Under the pieces are notes generated by a model. The model was not told where the DNA came from and ran no database searches. It saw nothing but the letters and a program-made list of their open reading frames with translations. Below, in pieces: positions 59,280-64,000 of a stretch of DNA of 64,000 bases. This DNA is from a plasmid. Numbering within the stretch: position 1 is the stretch's first letter; each line of letters opens with the position of its first letter. Made by a program: the position numbers and the translations under genes. The stretch is from sequence record NZ_CP104305.1, one strand, 5' to 3'.

Positions 59280-60890
59280 ATGTCAATGAATTCGATTTTG
59301 AATATCGAAATTTCTTAGCCACAGGATGCTGAATCCAATCTTAAATTCTGATCTAAAATAACCTTAAAACATTTAGTCCGACACCCCAAATAAACCTGCA
59401 GGCTTTCCAAAATTTGTGCAGGTATGTACAGTAAGTGTATTGAGTCAGTTTATCTTGAACAAGCGAGTTCGTATGAGTATAACTGATTCGTGTTTACAAG
59501 GTAGTGAATCGTTTTTAGTAGGCGATCCATGCAGGCGACAAGCAGCGGCTTCCTCCGGGAAGCTGTTGCTTGTCGTTTTGCATAAAAGTCACGGATATGA
59601 CTCGGCTGTGCTCCTGAGCTAACCATATTTATAACCGTCCAATACAGTAGCTTTCTAGTATGAGCATCGCCATGCTTGGTGATCTTCCTTTGTGCCGTAT
59701 AGTCCCCTGATTGTATCTCTCGCAAATCAAGACCAATAAAGCTATTGAGTTTCGCTCTGGTTTCAAACCGGCGAATATCCCCAAGTTCTGCAATCAAACG
59801 TACAGCGGTGTTTTCCGCGATGTTTGGAATGCTCAGGAGGATAACGTACTCCGGTGTTTTTTCTGCTAGGCTGATCATGGCTTGTACGGTTTCTTCACGT
59901 TCGCTAAGCAACTTTAACGCCTTTTGAGTCTCATGCTTTACAGCTTGGACAACAAACGAGTTGCCGCTAACAGCTGGATATGACCTGGCTCGAGATCTCC
60001 ATAGTGCGCGTGCTAAATTGCTGGATCTGACCGCTCCCACCCCCTTTAAGTGCATATCCAGAATCTGCGTCTTGATATTCTCGAAACTTAATCCAGTCAG
60101 TTCTGCCGGGTGAGAAAAAAGAGTTAGCGTGTGTAAAGCTGATGGCTTTCTCAAATCAAGTTCTTCCTCAATTCCTGGAAATGAGAGCTGTATGAGTCGA
60201 TGTATCCGATTCTTGGTCCGTTTTAAATCCTCTGTTTGCTGATCGTAGTATCGACTAATATCCATCAATTCGCGATATACAGGGTCATAGAAGCGTGGTT
60301 TGAACGGCTTGGGGTGTTTGGCAAACTCAGTTATTGCTAGCCCGCGGGCATCACGTACATCGTTCTTCCTTGTTCTTGAGCCATCGTCTAACCGTTTCTT
60401 AGCGACGAGTGGATTAAGAATATGATATGTAATGCTTTCGTCCAGTAGGTATCGCTCTAATCGACGTGAGTACACACCAGTAGCCTCGAACACCACTTCT
60501 GCACCGCCGTATGAGTCAATGATAGCCTTGAGACTCGTGAATCCAATCATATCTAGCGTGATATCTCCCTCGTAAACAGTCTTAGCATCAATGGCCACTG
60601 ACAGTTTAGCTGTTGACTTTGAAACATCTATACCGATAATTTTTCGCATTGTTACACTACCTTTCTGAAGCACCCTCACTAAAATCTTAGTAATCAAGTT
60701 TTCAAAACGCGGTCTCTCGGACCAATCTACTTTGAGCGAATTTGCTAAGACAAATGAAGTAGCCACTTTCTACTACGGCTTCACAGAGCCAAAAGGCAAC
60801 CCGCGGCTTCTGCTTCAATACCACTATAAAGTAATAGAGGCGTACATGGACCCCGTCGGGTATCATGTACGCCTTTAAGCTTAGTGGATT
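59280..60890 (-). mobile_element. IS110-family insertion sequence (boundaries approximate)
   Basis: inserted between the two halves of repeat copy B; no obvious terminal IRs as usual for IS110. Confidence 0.5.
59450..60652 (-). CDS. IS110-family (DEDD) transposase
   Basis: N-terminal MRKIIGIDVSK RuvC-like start, ~400 aa. Confidence 0.75.
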   Translation of the reverse strand, partial: TMRKIIGIDVSKSTAKLSVAIDAKTVYEGDITLDMIGFTSLKAIIDSYGGAEVVFEATGVYSRRLERYLLDESITYHILNPLVAKKRLDDGSRTRKNDVRDARGLAITEFAKHPKPFKPRFYDPVYRELMDISRYYDQQTEDLKRTKNRIHRLIQLSFPGIEEELDLRKPSALHTLTLFSHPAELTGLSFENIKTQILDMHLKGVGAVRSSNLARALWRSRARSYPAVSGNSFVVQAVKHETQKALKLLSEREETVQAMISLAEKTPEYVILLSIPNIAENTAVRLIAELGDIRRFETRAKLNSFIGLDLREIQSGDYTAQRKITKHGDAHTRKLLYWTVINMVSSGAQPSHIRDFYAKRQATASRRKPLLVACMDRLLKTIHYLVNTNQLYSYELACSR

Positions 60891-60895
60891 TCTAC

Positions 60896-61056
60896 TGCCG
60901 GTTTTTGCCTGGCTTTGATTCCGCATTCAACCAGCACAACAATTTATGGACGAACACATCAATATTCAATTCATCAAATAGGAGGAATAACTAATGAAAA
61001 AGGAAAAATGTATCAGGTCAACATTGACGAAATCGAATATCAACCGCACTTCATCA
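60896..61056 (+). other. relic of second copy of the 3130-4040 locus truncated by IS30
   Basis: ctactgccggtttttgcctggctttgattccgcattcaaccagca ~ 3143-3188; ATG...MYQVNIDEIEYQPHF ~ start of 3966 gene; ends at IS30 left IR. Confidence 0.4.
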
Positions 61057-62107
61057 CCTAGATTGCAATAATAAAGTTACCACCTAGAAAGAGGCTTGCT
61101 CACTGCTTGAACTGGGGTTTGCCAACGGAGACATTTTCTAGGTTTGTTATTGATAAGCGCTGTGGCTTGTTGAATATCGGTCTCTGAAACCTGATCAAAC
61201 TGTGTTCCCTTCGGGAAATAGTAGTGAAGTTCTCGATTGAACCGTTCATTTGTGCCCCGTTCATTCGGGTGATAGGCGTGGCAAAAGTAAACCGGTATCC
61301 GATAGCGCTTTGTAAGCGCCTGATCGCACGAAAACTCTTTACCGTGATCAACCGTCACTGATCGAACCGGACCCGGAAAGTCCACCATCAGTCTTGCAAA
61401 TCCCTTGAGAACAGCATTTTGTGATAAGTTTTCAAGCTTAGTTGTCGCCATTAAACGTGTCACCCGATCGACAATGGTCAAAACAGCAGCCTTTGACCCG
61501 CGACCACCGCGAACTGTATCCATCTCTAAATGTCCTTTTTCGGTTCGCCGATTAGCTGACTCACTGCGAATCTCAATTGAGGTGCCTACTGCTTGGTTAT
61601 AGCGCGACCGAAGGTCTTGTCTTCTTTTATAACGTTTACCGTGATCAAAGAGTTGGCTTGGCTGAAAATCGACTTGTCTTTGATAAATCCAGTGGTAAAT
61701 CGTGTGTGGCGCACAGTGAACGGCATAACCGACCATTTCAGGGGACCAACCTAGGTTTAGCTTCTCAGTTACCATCCGCTTCAACTTAGGCGTTAAAATC
61801 GAGTGCCGACCACAACGATGCCGACAAGTATCGGCATGATCCTGAGCTATAATGGCGCAGTAATCACCTTCAGGGCAACGGTGAAGCTCATGCCTAATAG
61901 AAATACGAGAGCGGCCTAAGGTCGCGGCGATGTATTGAATCGTGTGGTGTTGCATCAGTTCTATCTGAGATCGTTCAATTAAGGTTATAATGGCCATGGG
62001 ACCTGTCCTTCTCTCTAGATGGTATGTTATGCAAACACCATTTTAGCAAGAACGGACAGGTCTTTTTTCACATTTTCTGGGTGGTAACTTTAACTATGCA
62101 ATCTAGG
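61057..62107 (-). mobile_element. IS30-family insertion sequence copy 2, direct repeat of copy 1
   Basis: near-identical to 57201-58251 (a few substitutions). Confidence 0.85.
61077..61997 (-). CDS. IS30-family transposase
   Basis: 306 aa, 4 aa differences from copy 1. Confidence 0.85.
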   Translation of the reverse strand: MAIITLIERSQIELMQHHTIQYIAATLGRSRISIRHELHRCPEGDYCAIIAQDHADTCRHRCGRHSILTPKLKRMVTEKLNLGWSPEMVGYAVHCAPHTIYHWIYQRQVDFQPSQLFDHGKRYKRRQDLRSRYNQAVGTSIEIRSESANRRTEKGHLEMDTVRGGRGSKAAVLTIVDRVTRLMATTKLENLSQNAVLKGFARLMVDFPGPVRSVTVDHGKEFSCDQALTKRYRIPVYFCHAYHPNERGTNERFNRELHYYFPKGTQFDQVSETDIQQATALINNKPRKCLRWQTPVQAVSKPLSRW

Positions 62108-62263
62108 ATTTAGCCATATTAGTAAAACACCACACTGATAATGGATAATGCAGATAACTTGTATTTTCAAAGTTATTTGAACAAAGAAAAGTATAATACT
62201 GTTCAATTAAAACAAGGTAAACAAAAACCACAGCCTTAATTGATTGTGGTTTTGCTTTTTTCT

Positions 62264-62623
62264 TTAAAAGAAGGTTGAAATGAGTGCTAAAATTGCTAAA
62301 CCACCTTGGGCTAGAATGATTTTTTTATCACTTGTAATACTGCCATATAATGCCACTAAAATAATATAAATTAATAGTAATCTACTAATTTCTATTGGAT
62401 TACTTGACAGAAAAACACTGTATAATAACCCCACACCAATCAAACCATTATAAATCCCCTGATTTTTAAAAAGCGTGTTTAAAGCTTTGCTTTTCAACTC
62501 TTCTTTTGTCATGTTAAATACTCGACTTGTAGCGTCTGAAGTTGTAGCAAACGTTTCTAAATATAGGATATAGAAAAATTCCAAAGCTACTAAAACAATC
62601 AATACTGTTGATAAAATTGACAT
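62264..62623 (-). CDS. small membrane protein (low-GC)
   Basis: 119 aa, 4 TM helices. Confidence 0.35.
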   Translation of the reverse strand: MSILSTVLIVLVALEFFYILYLETFATTSDATSRVFNMTKEELKSKALNTLFKNQGIYNGLIGVGLLYSVFLSSNPIEISRLLLIYIILVALYGSITSDKKIILAQGGLAILALISTFF

Positions 62624-62935
62624 TCTTTCTCCTTTCTTAACTATTTATTTTGATTACTATCCAACTATACGTTATTTTAAGTGAGTTGTAAAATATCTTG
62701 TAACCACCAATTTAATCTAAGGGATTGAACTTATCCAAGCTAGCTCGTATTTCTTCTTCTTCTAATCCGATGTATCGGATAGTCACTGCTTGACTAGAAT
62801 GATTCAAAATTTTCCGCGCGTTTTAAAATCAAGTTAGCCACTTTTATTACAAATTTGGGACAATAAAAAACATCAAGAACAGATATCCTGTATCATTGAA
62901 GTTCCAACACAAACAATGAAAGAGGTATTGTCCTG

Positions 62936-63391
62936 ATGCATGAACAGGATATCACACGTCGTCAACCAGGTCATCATTTGTCTCAAATGGAACGCGGTAG
63001 AATTGCAGAACTTTACGCCACCGGCACCTCCAAACGCGAAATTGCTGCCAAAATTGGCGTCTGCCATCAAACCATCAATAATGAGATTGACCGAGGGACT
63101 GTCAAGCAGGCTAAGCGCATTAATGGCAAACTAATCTATCATACGGAATATAGTCCTGAAGCTGCTCAGACGCGCTATGAGACCGCACGTCTGAATTGTC
63201 ATAGGCCGGATAAATTCGCCGCTACAAGCCACTTCCTGGCCTGGTATGTTAATCAGGCCAAGACTGAACACTGGTCGCCTGATGCAGCCGTTGGCGCCGC
63301 ACGGCGAGCCAAGCTATTCACCCCGGAGGAGATGGTGTGCACAACCACTTTATATCGCTACATCGATGATCAACGCTTAGAACCTGTCTAG
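62936..63391 (+). pseudogene. N-terminal part of a second, unrelated IS30-family transposase, interrupted
   Basis: HLSQMERGRIAELYATGTSKREIAAKIGVCHQTINNEIDRG typical IS30-family HTH; ORF ends where IS5-like sequence begins. Confidence 0.5.
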
Positions 63392-64000
63392 TATCTTTTA
63401 AGAACTATCTTCAGGAAGGCCAATACAACCATTTGAAGACTGCTGTTAAGGGCACGTTCACAGTTTTTCCAAAGTCGCCGACATTTGTCTAGCCAACTCC
63501 ATGAACGTTCAACGATCCATCGTTGCGGTAACACGGTGAACATATGCAACTCGTTGCGTTTAGCTACCGTCGTCTTAGCATTCAAAATGAGCTTCACCTG
63601 ATCCGCAAAGTCATTGCCAGTGTAGCCACCATCAACCATGACATGCTGAACCAGCTCTAAATTTTGGCTAGCCAAACTAAACATAGCCAATGCACCTGAA
63701 CGATCTGATACATTAGCTCGTGCCACGAGAATGGCTTGTGGTAAACCATTAATATCAACCGCCATATGACGCTTAATCCCTGAAATCTTTTTGCCGCCAT
63801 CGTAGCCACTATTTTTCGTTAAATCAGTGGTTTTAACACTTTGAGCATCAACAATCACAAACGACGTTCGGGCCGATCGGCCCTGTGCAAAGCGATAGGA
63901 AGCAACAGTTTTTTTAAAAGCCTTTCTAATAGCGAATCAGCTGTCGGGTCTGGTTTATCTCGCCACATATCGTAATAGCGGTAGACAGTGTGCCATTCCG
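63392..64000 (-). mobile_element. IS5-family element (partial, runs off window) inserted into IS30-family gene
   Basis: ORF 63388-63858 ends ...RWIVERSWSWLDKCRRLWKNCERAL typical IS5-family transposase C-terminus. Confidence 0.55.

Noticed and set aside
59059-59322. 87-aa ORF inside repeat copy B, and the 61-75 aa GC-rich ORFs at 30119-30334
   Set aside because: No RBS, arginine/glycine-rich translation typical of GC-rich non-coding DNA, and they coincide with structured intergenic sequence.

Overview
This 64 kb window is about 47% GC and looks like a Lacticaseibacillus (L. rhamnosus GG-like) mobile-element mosaic. No rRNA, full tRNA or CRISPR array is visible.

Main blocks, in order:
- 1-3.2 kb: a ROK-family fructokinase and a secreted Ser-rich nuclease lipoprotein.
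- 5.6-27.8 kb: a complete Gram-positive conjugation module, all on the minus strand. It contains a DUF3991/Toprim primase-like protein, a MOBP relaxase, MobC, an oriT-like palindrome region, an ArdC-like protein, a PrgK-like three-domain cell-wall hydrolase, VirB4, VirB3-like and VirB6-like proteins, VirD4, a PcfB-like protein, an Ig-repeat surface protein, an RHH regulator with GTGACGTCAC operators, an HU protein and an LPXTG/CnaB adhesin.
- 31-34 kb: a RepA_N theta replicon with 29-bp direct repeats inside repA, plus parA and a small parB/parG-like gene with an AT-rich TTAAACG repeat array upstream.
- 34-36 kb: a UV-tolerance module, yolD-like overlapping a Y-family polymerase (umuC-like), with Cheo-like boxes upstream. 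A T4-endoV-like pyrimidine-dimer glycosylase sits separately at 50.2 kb.
- 37.1-40.2 kb: a strongly low-GC island with a 667-aa protein and a 222-aa partner. The 667-aa protein pairs a PD-(D/E)xK/NERD-like N-terminus with an SF1 UvrD-like ATPase. The island lies between an internally deleted IS30 relic and a serine recombinase, and directly abuts a complete type I R-M system (hsdR-hsdS-hsdM). This is the best candidate for an undescribed or poorly described defence system.
- 48.5-49.9 kb: a second serine recombinase followed by a stand-alone BRCT protein and a zinc-ribbon protein.
- 51.5-57.2 kb: a spaC-spaB-spaA-srtC1 sortase-dependent pilus operon with an IS30 copy abutting spaC, as in strain GG.
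- 57-64 kb: two near-identical direct IS30 copies, one IS110-family element, and an IS30-family relic interrupted by an IS5-family element at the window end.

Other points: a ~300 bp GC-rich structured intergenic element occurs twice (2.9-3.2 kb and 59.0-59.3 kb, the second broken by IS110). A related motif lies in a highly structured 190-bp element next to the primase-like gene. A conjugation-region lipoprotein gene is frameshifted at an A7 tract.
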